NCBI GenBank assembly: GCA_038254115.1
Contig: JBBSGK010000001.1
Span: 67,778 to 131,777, forward strand
DNA length: 64,000 bases
Direction: 5' to 3'
Source of the DNA: Candidatus Levyibacteriota bacterium
GTDB lineage: Bacteria; Patescibacteriota; Microgenomatia; Levybacterales; UBA12049
The position numbers were made by a program, and so were the translations under genes. This document shows positions 49,347 through 59,414 of the stretch, piece by piece; position 1 is the stretch's first letter, and every line of letters starts with the position of its first letter. Under the pieces are notes generated by a model. The model was not told where the DNA came from. It saw only the letters and a list, made by a program, of their open reading frames with translations, and did no database searches.

Positions 49347-49449
49347 GCGGAAATTATAACATAATCTAAATCTGGCAATTATTTTATCGTCATTCAGAAG
49401 AAAATATATAATTGACTTTAGCCTATAGCAATGGTATACTATCGGTCTT

Positions 49450-51045
49450 ATGGCAGTACAAATTGAACTGAGACCTGGACATTCTGATGGTAGACCTCCT
49501 ACGCTAAAAGAAAGAGTGGCTAGAATAGGAAAGCGGAGAATCCCATCCAATGCTGTTGGTGAGTTCTGGCAACTTCGTGGTGAGCGTAACCCCGGTCATA
49601 TCTTCGGTGGCGTGATCTTAAGAAGTATGGAGGATCTGGCGATACAAGGTGCTGTTCCTTCTCTTCCTGCATTTCAAGATATTAACGAAGGTAATCGAAT
49701 CGATTCCATGGAGCTAGGAACAGATATTAATATAAACGCTCTGTCTCCGGACGCTCAGGAGGAGATTTCCTTAAGAAAATCTCAAATTGACGGACTTATT
49801 ACAGCAGACACATCTACTATGGATGATGGCGAGAGAAAAGAGCATGAGGCAAAGCTAAAAGCAGTTAGAATATTCATAGATGGATTATCATATGAAATGA
49901 AGCCGGCAATACTTCGCTCATTGGGTTTCGATGTTCCCCAAGGCACGTATGATGTAGATCCCCGTGAGTTCAGGACAAGCATAGAAAACCGTATCAAATC
50001 TAACGGCGAACCGGTAAGCAGACAGTTTGTAGCATTAGCGGGATATGTAAATGCAAGAGACCGTGTGCACACCGACTTATTGTTTGAGCGTTTCAAAAAC
50101 GAAAGGATGGAAATATTCAGAGAGCAAACAAACAGGCTTATAGACGAGGGTGTACTTCCGTTGGACCGTGAAGTCTTTGATGACCGCCTGAGGCGGGAGG
50201 CAGATTGGTATTTGACCGATGAGATATCAGAAGTGCTTACATACGATTTTCCGTATGTCTCACGTGGTTGGGCAGTCGCAGCACAAGGATTCATTACTTT
50301 TACTAAAAATTCCTATGACCTTGCTCCTTCCGAGAATGTATCACACGCAACAAGAGGTAATTTTGCAGATCATGAACTTGTCCACACATACATAGCGGGT
50401 AAAAGGTTTGTTAAAAAGGAGGGAGAAATAGTCGTTGCAACAAAAAAAGGATTTTATGAATTTGTTGAAAAAAGTGAAGGAGCTAGCTTTAGTACTAATC
50501 ATTGGATAGATGAAGGAATTACTGAATACCTCATGGTTTTACTCGGCAGAGATGAGAGAGTACGAGAAGAGCGCGCAGACGAAAAAAAGCATATCTATGA
50601 TACAGCTTATATTCCTGTCTTCAAAGCACTTGCTGAGGAGATAGGCTATGAGCCATTTCTTAAGTACTTTGTGATGGACCGTGATCCGGATGATCCCGAT
50701 CCTTTTAACCAAGCGCGAAGGAATCTGGTAAAAAAGCTTGATAATGAATTTGGGCACGCGACCCTGATTCGTTTGTCTGAATATATGGATGGATATGTTT
50801 TAGACGGGGCAGACGATGCAAATAAGGCAATACTAGCCGGATCAAAGAAATTACTTGGTGCAATGGCCGAGGATAAATCCACAATAAGTGAGCGATTTGC
50901 AGATGAGGAATTGAGAGAGTATAGTAAAAATCCAAGTCCAGCTGTTGCCCGTGAACTTTATCCAAAGTTCAATGAATTACTGGATCAAGCAATTGAATGG
51001 TCAAAAAAACAAAGAAAAGAGCGGCTTGCTACATTACCTGAATAA
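49450..51045 (+). CDS. Hypothetical cytoplasmic protein with an HExxH motif (possible zincin-like)
   Basis: HELVH is followed about 40 aa later by DEGITEY. There is no signal peptide. Local GC is higher than in neighbouring genes. Confidence 0.4.
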   Translation: MAVQIELRPGHSDGRPPTLKERVARIGKRRIPSNAVGEFWQLRGERNPGHIFGGVILRSMEDLAIQGAVPSLPAFQDINEGNRIDSMELGTDININALSPDAQEEISLRKSQIDGLITADTSTMDDGERKEHEAKLKAVRIFIDGLSYEMKPAILRSLGFDVPQGTYDVDPREFRTSIENRIKSNGEPVSRQFVALAGYVNARDRVHTDLLFERFKNERMEIFREQTNRLIDEGVLPLDREVFDDRLRREADWYLTDEISEVLTYDFPYVSRGWAVAAQGFITFTKNSYDLAPSENVSHATRGNFADHELVHTYIAGKRFVKKEGEIVVATKKGFYEFVEKSEGASFSTNHWIDEGITEYLMVLLGRDERVREERADEKKHIYDTAYIPVFKALAEEIGYEPFLKYFVMDRDPDDPDPFNQARRNLVKKLDNEFGHATLIRLSEYMDGYVLDGADDANKAILAGSKKLLGAMAEDKSTISERFADEELREYSKNPSPAVARELYPKFNELLDQAIEWSKKQRKERLATLPE

Positions 51046-51052
51046 AGCAACT

Positions 51053-51703
51053 TCATTTATCCTTTTTGAGCCAGTTGACGCCGAGATAGACGAGGGGGGT
51101 CTCGATGATAGACATGAAGCAGCGGAGAAGATAATAGGGAATTGCCAGGCCAATTATAAAGCTTAAATTACTTGCAAATGGTTTATCAAGAGCATAGAAA
51201 GCAAGCGTCATAAAAATAGCAGTATCCAGAAGTTCTGAGCCAAAGTTTGATAGATTTGTTCTGAGCCAGAGTTTGGTTTTGCCAAATTTTTTCTGAAGCC
51301 TGGCAAAAATATAGATATCTGAAAATTCACTAATTATAAAAGCAATCAGACTGGCTGCAGAGAATCTTGCAGAAATCCCAAAGATTGTATTGTAAGCTGT
51401 GTTGGTAGGCAAGAATCTTTTACTTGGCGGTAGATAAGTTACAAGAAGGGAAAAAAGCAAAATAAATAAAATCATAAAAAGGCTCGATCTCACAACGCTT
51501 TGGGCCCGTTCTTTACCAAAGACTTCAACGATAATATCATTGATTGAATAAATGAGAGGTAGGACAAAAAGCGCAACAGTTGCATTCAGGTGAAACGTTC
51601 CGATAGTTGCAATGGGGAAAGTTTTGGCTCCCATGAGTTCGGAGAGGATGACACAGGTTGTGTAAAAAGCGATAAGGAAATCTAATTTGTTGATTTTAAA
51701 CAT
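51053..51703 (-). CDS. YhhQ/VUT-family (DUF165) queuosine-precursor transporter
   Basis: Polytopic, 216 aa, with FHLNATVALFVLPLIYSINDIIVEVFG as in YhhQ. Confidence 0.75.
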   Translation of the reverse strand: MFKINKLDFLIAFYTTCVILSELMGAKTFPIATIGTFHLNATVALFVLPLIYSINDIIVEVFGKERAQSVVRSSLFMILFILLFSLLVTYLPPSKRFLPTNTAYNTIFGISARFSAASLIAFIISEFSDIYIFARLQKKFGKTKLWLRTNLSNFGSELLDTAIFMTLAFYALDKPFASNLSFIIGLAIPYYLLRCFMSIIETPLVYLGVNWLKKDK

Positions 51704-51765
51704 AATTGGGTAAGCGGAGCAACAAAAACATTATAGCAAAAGAGGCTAGGAATATAAAGTGGGAT

Positions 51766-52323
51766 TTATCTGGGTTGTCTTCTCGGATCAGGAGTAACCG
51801 CCCTAAGCAATAGGGCAATATCTTTTGCTCTATCAACAGTATTCGCTTCATTTTCCATAGGAATAACCAAGTTTTTGCCATCAGAATAGCGAATAACTGA
51901 AAGTGTGTTATTGACTCCGCTATAGCCTCTACCCCCAAATATGGAAGATCTTGCAAAGTCTGAAGGATTACGCTCTGGATCAACAGTGCGTGATCCAATA
52001 GCTATAGCTAGTTGCGTTTTGCCTGAGCGTAATCTATGGCGAACTACAAGAATGGAGGGCACCTCAGTTTCAGATGTTTCTCTCTCTAAATGTTCTAAAT
52101 GGTCAGCAATAAAAGACGATGAACCTCTTCTAATTCCCCTCGCAGTCCTATTGGAAATATCATGGAATACAGCGGTCCTACCACCTCTTCCCAAAATCTC
52201 AGCAAGCCTAATATTGCTTGCCGCATCTGTACTTTCTACAAGATCTCGTTCTCTAATTGTATGTAAAACCGCATTTTCTATTAGGACATTTGGCGGTGTC
52301 AATCCATCATTTTCTCCTGCCAT
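51766..52323 (-). CDS. Hypothetical protein (185 aa, Arg-rich, GC-richer)
   Basis: ORF only. It is preferred over the overlapping + strand ORF 51941..52402. Confidence 0.35.
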   Translation of the reverse strand: MAGENDGLTPPNVLIENAVLHTIRERDLVESTDAASNIRLAEILGRGGRTAVFHDISNRTARGIRRGSSSFIADHLEHLERETSETEVPSILVVRHRLRSGKTQLAIAIGSRTVDPERNPSDFARSSIFGGRGYSGVNNTLSVIRYSDGKNLVIPMENEANTVDRAKDIALLLRAVTPDPRRQPR

Positions 52324-52330
52324 ATCGGGC

Positions 52331-52347
52331 TATTCTAGCATAGAATA
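52331..52347. promoter_or_regulatory. Perfect 7-3-7 palindrome TATTCTAgcaTAGAATA in the divergent promoter region (candidate operator)
   Basis: Read directly from the sequence. Confidence 0.35.
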
Positions 52348-52428
52348 TTTTTCTTTACAACTTGCAGAGGGTTGTTTGAAAATGATTTACAGTCGTAGTT
52401 AAGTAAATAACTTATGTGATAAAATATT

Positions 52429-54366
52429 GTGAAGAACATGATTGGAAGCTTTTCTCTTAGCGACTTCTATTTTTGGCTCAATTTTATTTATTTTATACCG
52501 GTAGTATTTATCTCAAATTATATTCCGGGGAATTTGTTACTAAATAAATTAAAAATTGACAGATTTTCCAAAATAATATTAAGCATAGTGACCGGAATGG
52601 TTTTATGGGGATATCAGGGATACATTTTTGGATATATTGGATTTAGATTTGGAACATATATTTATCTTTTTGCCTGTTTAGTATTTTGGCTAATACAGTT
52701 TAGAAAGTTCGATACTAATTTCCCTGAGGTAAGAATCTCAAAACAAACAATATTATTATCGCTTCTTCTTCTAGCAGGTACAGCCGTTCAACTAGTAAGC
52801 ATATGGTTTACAGGTATTAACATACCTCAGGGGCTGAGTTTGTGCTGCGGGATTGATAGTATTTATCATCTTTCTTTAACTCATGAGATTGTAAAACAAT
52901 TTCCACCAATGGAACCGGGTACTTTTGGTACAGTCGTAAAAAACTATCATTATTTTTCAAATATGATAGTTGCAGAATGGATACGGGTTTTTAAATTACC
53001 ACTGACAGCGACATATTTTCAATTCTCAACAGTACTACTTTCTTTTTTGATGGGAGGAACTGCTGTAGCATTTGGAAGAGTACTTGGATTAAGCAGGAAA
53101 TATATTTATTGGTTATTATTTTTCATTTATTTTAGCGGTAGCGCTACTTACCTTATTATTTTATTCTCAAAACATATTCTTGATTTCAGAACTCTGGTAT
53201 TACATGAATCGACTATTCTTTGGGCAAGTCCATCCAGAGTGTATGGAATAGTTATTTTCCTGACGGGATTAACATTTCTAAATTTGTTTTTAAAAAGTAA
53301 GGATACTTTTCTGGGAGTTATATGCGGGATTATATTTGGATGCCTTATCAGTGTGAAGGTTTATTTCGGTTTATTTGTGGTAGCGGGATTTTTTGTACTT
53401 GATCTTTATTTTCTTGTTAAAAGAGATCTAAAAGCATTTCTGCCTTCAATAATAACTCTGATTTTTTCACTATTACTTTACTTACCTGTAAATACCGGCT
53501 CCGGAGGATTGGTCTTTACCGGTATGTGGAGGTTTGAAAATTTTATCGTTTTCCCGCCTCTTGGACTAGAAAGATTAGAATTAGCAAGAGTTATTTATTT
53601 GAACCACAATAACTGGCTGCGTGTTTTTATATATGAAATATTCTTTGTGATTTTATATTTTATTGCCACTTTTGGAACGCTATTAATAGCAGTTTTTCAG
53701 ACACGGAAATCATTAAGTTCAATCAGGAAAGAGATACACTTTTTTCTATTGGGAGGTGTTATTATCTCTCTGATTGCAGGATCATTTTTTATACAAGAAG
53801 TGGGCGGTAGTAATTCTGCCCAATTCATTATTACCGTAATAGCAATAATATCTATATATGCAGCTTTATCTGCTGAATTCTGGACAGAGAGGACAAATAA
53901 TAAAGGGTTTAAGTTAGCATTAATTGCATTATTAATTATATTTACTGTACCCCGCGCATTACATGATACAATTTTTAAAATTAAGGATATACCTCACCCA
54001 ACCAATCTAATTGTAAGTAATGATGAGCTCGAGGCGCTCGCATACTTAAGAAAGGCACCGGACGGAGTAATATTAAGCCCGGTATCGGATTGTCTATACA
54101 TAACACTTCTTGCAGATAAGCCTGTATATGCTTGTAATGATGCCAATGTACTTACAGACCATCAGGTAAAAAATGGAAAAGAAAGGCTTAAAACAGCCAA
54201 ATATATTTTTTCGGATATTAATATTGAAAATATAACCGGATTTTTAAAGAAGCAAAACATCAGCTATATATACATAAAAAAAGATTCAAAAAACACTCTG
54301 AAAAGTTACGCATTGCCTGTAGTGCTTGATAATAAATCAACAACTATCCTAAAACCACGTTTTTAA
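52429..54366 (+). CDS. Polytopic membrane protein, possibly a GT-C-type (ArnT/PMT-like) glycosyltransferase
   Basis: More than 10 predicted TM segments and a C-terminal soluble domain. No confident motif found. Confidence 0.45.
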   Translation: MKNMIGSFSLSDFYFWLNFIYFIPVVFISNYIPGNLLLNKLKIDRFSKIILSIVTGMVLWGYQGYIFGYIGFRFGTYIYLFACLVFWLIQFRKFDTNFPEVRISKQTILLSLLLLAGTAVQLVSIWFTGINIPQGLSLCCGIDSIYHLSLTHEIVKQFPPMEPGTFGTVVKNYHYFSNMIVAEWIRVFKLPLTATYFQFSTVLLSFLMGGTAVAFGRVLGLSRKYIYWLLFFIYFSGSATYLIILFSKHILDFRTLVLHESTILWASPSRVYGIVIFLTGLTFLNLFLKSKDTFLGVICGIIFGCLISVKVYFGLFVVAGFFVLDLYFLVKRDLKAFLPSIITLIFSLLLYLPVNTGSGGLVFTGMWRFENFIVFPPLGLERLELARVIYLNHNNWLRVFIYEIFFVILYFIATFGTLLIAVFQTRKSLSSIRKEIHFFLLGGVIISLIAGSFFIQEVGGSNSAQFIITVIAIISIYAALSAEFWTERTNNKGFKLALIALLIIFTVPRALHDTIFKIKDIPHPTNLIVSNDELEALAYLRKAPDGVILSPVSDCLYITLLADKPVYACNDANVLTDHQVKNGKERLKTAKYIFSDINIENITGFLKKQNISYIYIKKDSKNTLKSYALPVVLDNKSTTILKPRF

Positions 54367-54469
54367 AGCGTAGGGGAAGAAGTTGAGATATTGCTTCAAT
54401 CTGACAATTACAAAAACTTCTGAATCTTAATTGTGGTTTGGGAAGAAGAAGTAATGGTTTCTAGAAAAG

Positions 54470-54874
54470 TTATTTATCTGCGGGGAGACTTTCGCATGCT
54501 TCATCATCTTTATCCCCATCGAGGCGGTTGGTGTCTTTACTCTGTCCACCCGCATTAGTAAAAAAGGTCTGTGCTTCTTTTTGGGTTTGAAAGTCATCGC
54601 AATTGTACTCATCTGTGAGTTTTCCACCGCTTGTTACTACTTTACCTGATTTATCCCTCATAACGTTTCCCTTTTCATCTCTAGCGACTTTTGATTCAGA
54701 CATTGATGAACCCGACAAAAGCTTCCCCAGATCAAAGTCATTGTTACTGGCTTCAAGTCCAAATGCGCCAAGAAGCAATGCAACTACTCCAATCAGCACA
54801 GCTTTTATCACATTTTTTGTTCCACCACTGGCATTATCCAGTGGTTTTAATTTAGGTATTTTTGGTATAGCCAT
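54470..54874 (-). CDS. Excalibur calcium-binding domain protein with an N-terminal TM anchor
   Basis: The C-terminal DGDKDDEACE matches the Excalibur DxDxDGxxCE motif. Confidence 0.7.
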   Translation of the reverse strand: MAIPKIPKLKPLDNASGGTKNVIKAVLIGVVALLLGAFGLEASNNDFDLGKLLSGSSMSESKVARDEKGNVMRDKSGKVVTSGGKLTDEYNCDDFQTQKEAQTFFTNAGGQSKDTNRLDGDKDDEACESLPADK

Positions 54875-55027
54875 ATATTTTTACCAGACAGAGTACAACA
54901 AGTAAGCCGCGATTATTAGCAAAAGCGCAATCACAATAAGCCTGGTGTTTTTATTATCTCGTAACTTGTTGATAGTAGCCATTATCTAGTAAATTATATC
55001 ACACATTTTAAATATTTGGAATACCCT

Positions 55028-55870
55028 TTATTTAAAAGTATCACATGCAGATAGTGAGCCTTGCTGATATCCTTTATCAAACCAGTTCCGGCGCTGTTCA
55101 GAGGACCCATGGGTCCATGATTCAGGATTTACGTAACCTGTAATTTTTTTTTGGATACGGTCATCTCCAACTGCTGATGCTGCATCCATTGCCTCATGAA
55201 TTTCCCCCGGTTCCAAAACGCCTCTATCTTTAATAGAATTTACCCAAAGGCCTGCAAAACAATCCGCCTGAAGCTCAAGTTTTATTGATAAATTATTTCT
55301 GAGGTCAGGGCTCGACCCCATTTCTTTTTGCTGCTCCCCCATGATTCCCAATTCATTCTGGGCATGGTGGGCTACTTCATGGGCGATAATATACGCCTCA
55401 GCAACATCTCCTCCATTAGCCCCAAATCGCCCTGTTAATTCATCAAAAAAAGTTTCATCAAGGTAAATTGTCTTGTCCAGCGGACAATAATGCGGCCCTA
55501 CCTCAGAAGTAGCCGCCCCGCACATTGATTCAGTTGCACGCCGGAATAATACTAATTTTGGTTCAGTATAGGTCTTGTTTGTACCGGTAAATATCTGCTT
55601 CCACATTTCATTATTCGATCCAAGGACTGTTGAAGCAAACTCTTCATAACTATCTTTTCCCTCAAATTCTTGAGTGGTAATATTTTGCTGTTGCTTAACG
55701 GGGATATTTTGTAATTCATTTAAGAAGTCTGTAGTGTTTCCACCGGACAAGACATTGAACAAAAAAAGCAACGCAACACCAGTCAGGCTAATTCCACCAA
55801 TTGCAGCAGGTGCAAAAGACCTTCTATCTTCAACATTTCCACGATTTAATATCTTGCTCCAATTTGCCAT
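55028..55870 (-). CDS. YpfJ-family putative neutral zinc metallopeptidase (membrane-anchored)
   Basis: GPHYCPLDKTIYLDETFF and AYIIAHEVAHHAQN are collinear with E. coli YpfJ. Confidence 0.8.
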   Translation of the reverse strand: MANWSKILNRGNVEDRRSFAPAAIGGISLTGVALLFLFNVLSGGNTTDFLNELQNIPVKQQQNITTQEFEGKDSYEEFASTVLGSNNEMWKQIFTGTNKTYTEPKLVLFRRATESMCGAATSEVGPHYCPLDKTIYLDETFFDELTGRFGANGGDVAEAYIIAHEVAHHAQNELGIMGEQQKEMGSSPDLRNNLSIKLELQADCFAGLWVNSIKDRGVLEPGEIHEAMDAASAVGDDRIQKKITGYVNPESWTHGSSEQRRNWFDKGYQQGSLSACDTFK

Positions 55871-55989
55871 AATAGTTAATGCAGATTGATTTTATGCTGT
55901 ATTGTTAGAAATTGCATGCAACATTGGATAATTGGCACTACTTGAATTGTCAGCCAAATAGGGTACCACATGAAGCTGAAGTTCTACAA

Positions 55990-57114
55990 TTATTTCTTTT
56001 TTATTGGTAATGAAAACGAAAATGTCGAGCCTTTTCCTTCAACACTCTCAACCTTTATTTGTTCTCCATGCTGTTTGATTATCTGCGCGGCGATATATAA
56101 GCCCAATCCATATCCTGACAGACTTTTTGTCTTTACGTTTTCGCTTCTGTAAAATCTGTCAAACACTCTCTTTTTCTGCTCCTTCGGAATACCCATACCA
56201 AAATCTTCGACACTGACAGTTACACTCTTTTTATTCTCAAACAGCCGAACAATAACCTTTTTAGCTTCGGGTGAGTACTTTATGGCGTTGGTAAGAAAGT
56301 TCGTCAAAACCTGTCCAATATGCTCTTTAATGGCACTAACCTTATGGGAGGTTTTCCCTTCGACCACAATAGTGTGAGTTGGTGCGGTAGCTTCCAGCTC
56401 TTTTGCCGTGTCCTTCACTAAACTATCAAGGTTAAATTCTTCAGTCTGGTAATCTGCCATGCCAGATTGGATTTTGGAAACATTAAGCAAATCGCGAATC
56501 AGGTTCTCCTGTTTGGTTATCTGCTCCTGCATTTTAGTAAGGTGTGATAGACCTTTGGTTTCCTTAATCTGCTCAAGGTGTTTGTGGAGTATCTCAGCAT
56601 AAAGCTTAATGCTTGTCAGGGGTGTTTTAAGCTCATGGCTTGCCATACTAATAAAATCATCTTTTTGCTGTTCAAGCTCTTTTCGTTCTGATAAATCCCG
56701 TATTATTTTGGCAAATCCAAGTAAGTTTCCTGCCTTATCCCTTAAAGGCGTTGACATGCCACTCGCCCAGAATTGGCTTTTATCGCGTCTTACAAGCCAG
56801 TTTTCGTCATCACCTGTGCCTGTTTCCAGCGCTTGTTCTAATTCTAACTTTGGCTTACTCGCTTTTCTGTCTTCAAGGGTAAAAAGTCTTGAAAAGTGTT
56901 TGCCGACAATTGCTTTTTCCTTGTACCCCAAAAGGTTTTCTGCTCCGATATTCCACCCTATTACGTATCCTTTTAAATCAAGCATAATCATTGCGTATTC
57001 TTTAACACCCTCTACAAATAAGCGGTATCCCTCGTCATCTCCCACGACTGAAACCTCACGAGCATTTTTTGTAGTTGTTTTATTCGTAAATGGAACTTTT
57101 ATTTTTTTATCCAT
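55990..57114 (-). CDS. Cytoplasmic PAS sensor histidine kinase
   Basis: PAS domain, HisKA (SHELKTPLTSI) and HATPase_c (GYGLGLYIA). No TM segment. Confidence 0.85.
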   Translation of the reverse strand: MDKKIKVPFTNKTTTKNAREVSVVGDDEGYRLFVEGVKEYAMIMLDLKGYVIGWNIGAENLLGYKEKAIVGKHFSRLFTLEDRKASKPKLELEQALETGTGDDENWLVRRDKSQFWASGMSTPLRDKAGNLLGFAKIIRDLSERKELEQQKDDFISMASHELKTPLTSIKLYAEILHKHLEQIKETKGLSHLTKMQEQITKQENLIRDLLNVSKIQSGMADYQTEEFNLDSLVKDTAKELEATAPTHTIVVEGKTSHKVSAIKEHIGQVLTNFLTNAIKYSPEAKKVIVRLFENKKSVTVSVEDFGMGIPKEQKKRVFDRFYRSENVKTKSLSGYGLGLYIAAQIIKQHGEQIKVESVEGKGSTFSFSLPIKKK

Positions 57115-57127
57115 ACTTTTCTCTAAT

Positions 57128-57508
57128 TCATTTAGTGTATTTTTCTACTTTTGCTAATAAGTCTTGCATCTCAAACGGTTTAGCAATAAAGTCATCTGCA
57201 CCCGCCTCTTTGGCAATATCTCTTGTGTCTTTATTAGCTGAAATCATGATAATTGGGATATGCTTTGTTTTCTTTTGACTCTTCAATTGTTTACAAATCT
57301 CCTTGCCATCAATACCCGACATCCATATGTCCAGTAAAACAAGGTCAGGCAACTCATTTTGTACTTTCTGCACAGTTTCACCATCTAATGTTGAGGTAAC
57401 CTCATATCCATCGTCTTCAAGCATTAAAGTCATAACATGTAAAATAGCAGTATCATCATCTGCAACTAATATCTTTTTCTTGTTTGTAGAAGAGCTGTGC
57501 TTATTCAT
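57128..57508 (-). CDS. Single-domain response regulator (CheY-like receiver)
   Basis: ILVADDD...LVLLDIWM...ISA and K. Confidence 0.85.
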   Translation of the reverse strand: MNKHSSSTNKKKILVADDDTAILHVMTLMLEDDGYEVTSTLDGETVQKVQNELPDLVLLDIWMSGIDGKEICKQLKSQKKTKHIPIIMISANKDTRDIAKEAGADDFIAKPFEMQDLLAKVEKYTK

Positions 57509-59018
57509 GTTTTAATTCCTCCTCAACAAGGGTATTCGTTTGTTTCTTCCGCATTCCTTTTTTAATAGGCAAACTGAAACAGAATGTTGAGCCTTTTTTC
57601 ACGTCACTTGCAACCCAAATACGACCACTATGTCGCTTGATAATTTCTCCTGCAATGTACAAACCAAGCCCAAGTCCGGCAAAGGTATCTCTCTTCTTTC
57701 CGCCGACTCGAAAGAAGCGGTCAAACACTTTATCTTGTTTTTCTTTTGGTACTCCTACGCCGAAATCCTGCACACAAAGCGTTACAGTTTCTTTATCTTC
57801 AGACGTTGTGACAATAATTTTATTAGAATGAGGAGAGTATTTTATTGCGTTTGAAATGAGATTGGTAATCACCTGACCAATTCTGTCACGGTCACCATAA
57901 ATGGTTTTTGTAGTTGCTAGTTTCTTGACAATCGTATGTTTGGTTGATGTGAGCCGCATTTCATCAACAATCTCTGTTGTCAGTTCGTTAAAATCAAAAT
58001 ATCCTTCGTGAAACTGAAGTTTCCCGCCTTCAATCTTGGTTGAGTCAAGTAAATCAGCAATAAGGCTGGTTAGTTTGTTAATTTGACCGTCCATTCTTGA
58101 TAAGAGTTCAACTGCTTTTATATTTCCATCTTTTCGAAATCTGTTTTGTAATACTTGAGTGTATCCCTTAATACTTGTAACAGGTGTTTTTAATTCGTGA
58201 GAAGCAATACCAATAAACTCATCTTTTTGGATTTCAAGCTCTCTTCTTTTATTTATATCACGGTAATTTATGACTACTGCATAAACGTTAGGGTCGAAAA
58301 GCAGATTGGTCATAACAGACTCTAACCATATGAAACTACCGTTCTTGTGCTTAATTCTATGTGTTGTATGTCCACTACTGCCTCGTTTTTTGAGGACTTG
58401 TTCAAACAGTGTTGTGACTGGTTTTCTCTCGTCTGGGGGGACAAGTTCAAATGGATTTTTTAGTTTTTGAATCTCCTCTGGGGTATAGCCCATCACCCTT
58501 ATTGTGGAAGGGCTGGCATACAATACTTTACCAGCGGCATTAACAAGTGCAATCGCATCGTCACTTTTTTCAATCATTGCACGAAAACGTTTCTCATCTC
58601 TTTCCCTTGCCTCTTCCGCTTGCCTTTGTGCAGTAATGTCTTCAAGTGACAATAAAATAAGCTCAATGCCAGCAATCTTTCGGGCATTCAGTAGCATTGT
58701 TTTTTTCCCTATATCGGGAAAGTCATGCGTCACTTCTAAACCCGTTAACCGTTCTTTTTTTGGTAACACTTCTTCAAGGATTTTCCGTAGCTCTGGTATA
58801 TCCCACTGATGATTTCCTAACTTATAGACAAGTGTTCCTTCGGTATCCTTTTTGGATACTTTATACATTTTGTAAAAAGCAGCGTTTGCACTCACTACCT
58901 TGAGCGCGTCATTAAGGACGAGAAATGGCTCTCTGACAATATCAATAATGTCTTGTGCGTGTTTTATAGCATCACTTTGGTTATTATTACGCAACTCTTT
59001 TGTTGATTTTTTATTCAT
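57501..59018 (-). CDS. Cytoplasmic sensor histidine kinase with two PAS domains
   Basis: Two PAS domains, HisKA (SHELKTPVTSI) and HATPase_c. Confidence 0.85.
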   Translation of the reverse strand: MNKKSTKELRNNNQSDAIKHAQDIIDIVREPFLVLNDALKVVSANAAFYKMYKVSKKDTEGTLVYKLGNHQWDIPELRKILEEVLPKKERLTGLEVTHDFPDIGKKTMLLNARKIAGIELILLSLEDITAQRQAEEARERDEKRFRAMIEKSDDAIALVNAAGKVLYASPSTIRVMGYTPEEIQKLKNPFELVPPDERKPVTTLFEQVLKKRGSSGHTTHRIKHKNGSFIWLESVMTNLLFDPNVYAVVINYRDINKRRELEIQKDEFIGIASHELKTPVTSIKGYTQVLQNRFRKDGNIKAVELLSRMDGQINKLTSLIADLLDSTKIEGGKLQFHEGYFDFNELTTEIVDEMRLTSTKHTIVKKLATTKTIYGDRDRIGQVITNLISNAIKYSPHSNKIIVTTSEDKETVTLCVQDFGVGVPKEKQDKVFDRFFRVGGKKRDTFAGLGLGLYIAGEIIKRHSGRIWVASDVKKGSTFCFSLPIKKGMRKKQTNTLVEEELKHE

Positions 59019-59196
59019 GATTTCCCTTCACCATCTTGAGCAAATCCTCTTTAGTAAACCGCCAGTCTCCCCGCGTACCTACCTTAATTCCGTTAAGCTG
59101 GTTTGTTTTCGCCCATCTGCGGATCGTACTTGCACTGATACCAAGAAATGCTGCTGACTGTTGAATATTTAGTAAATTGGAGTTTATTGTAGCCAT
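59011..59196 (-). CDS. Excisionase/MerR-type HTH DNA-binding protein (HTH_17-like)
   Basis: LNIQQSAAFLGISASTIRRWAKTNQL. It overlaps the kinase start by 8 nt. Confidence 0.6.
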   Translation of the reverse strand: MATINSNLLNIQQSAAFLGISASTIRRWAKTNQLNGIKVGTRGDWRFTKEDLLKMVKGNHE

Positions 59197-59414
59197 AAAT
59201 GTTTTTAAACTTGTCTAAACTAGACTAAAACTTACTATACTTTACCATGGTTATATAATAAAGGAGTAAGAGTATAGCTGATATTTGCGCAAGAGTGGAT
59301 ACCTTTTATTTCAAACTTACTTTTTACAATCTTTGTTCCGACAATCCTAAGGAATGTTGGGGTAGTGGCACTTTTTCTCCTCCATAGCTTTTGCTTCGGT
59401 GGACAAAGCATTTT

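Noticed and set aside
49347-49550. The ORF track's upstream extension of the CofE-like ORF (MDGILRFPILATL...)
   Set aside because: The extension is hydrophobic and low-complexity, runs through the divergent promoter region, and family similarity begins at the internal Met 49346.
51941-52402. + strand 153-aa ORF overlapping the 51766-52323 gene
   Set aside because: Ser/Leu-rich shadow ORF. The minus-strand frame looks more protein-like.
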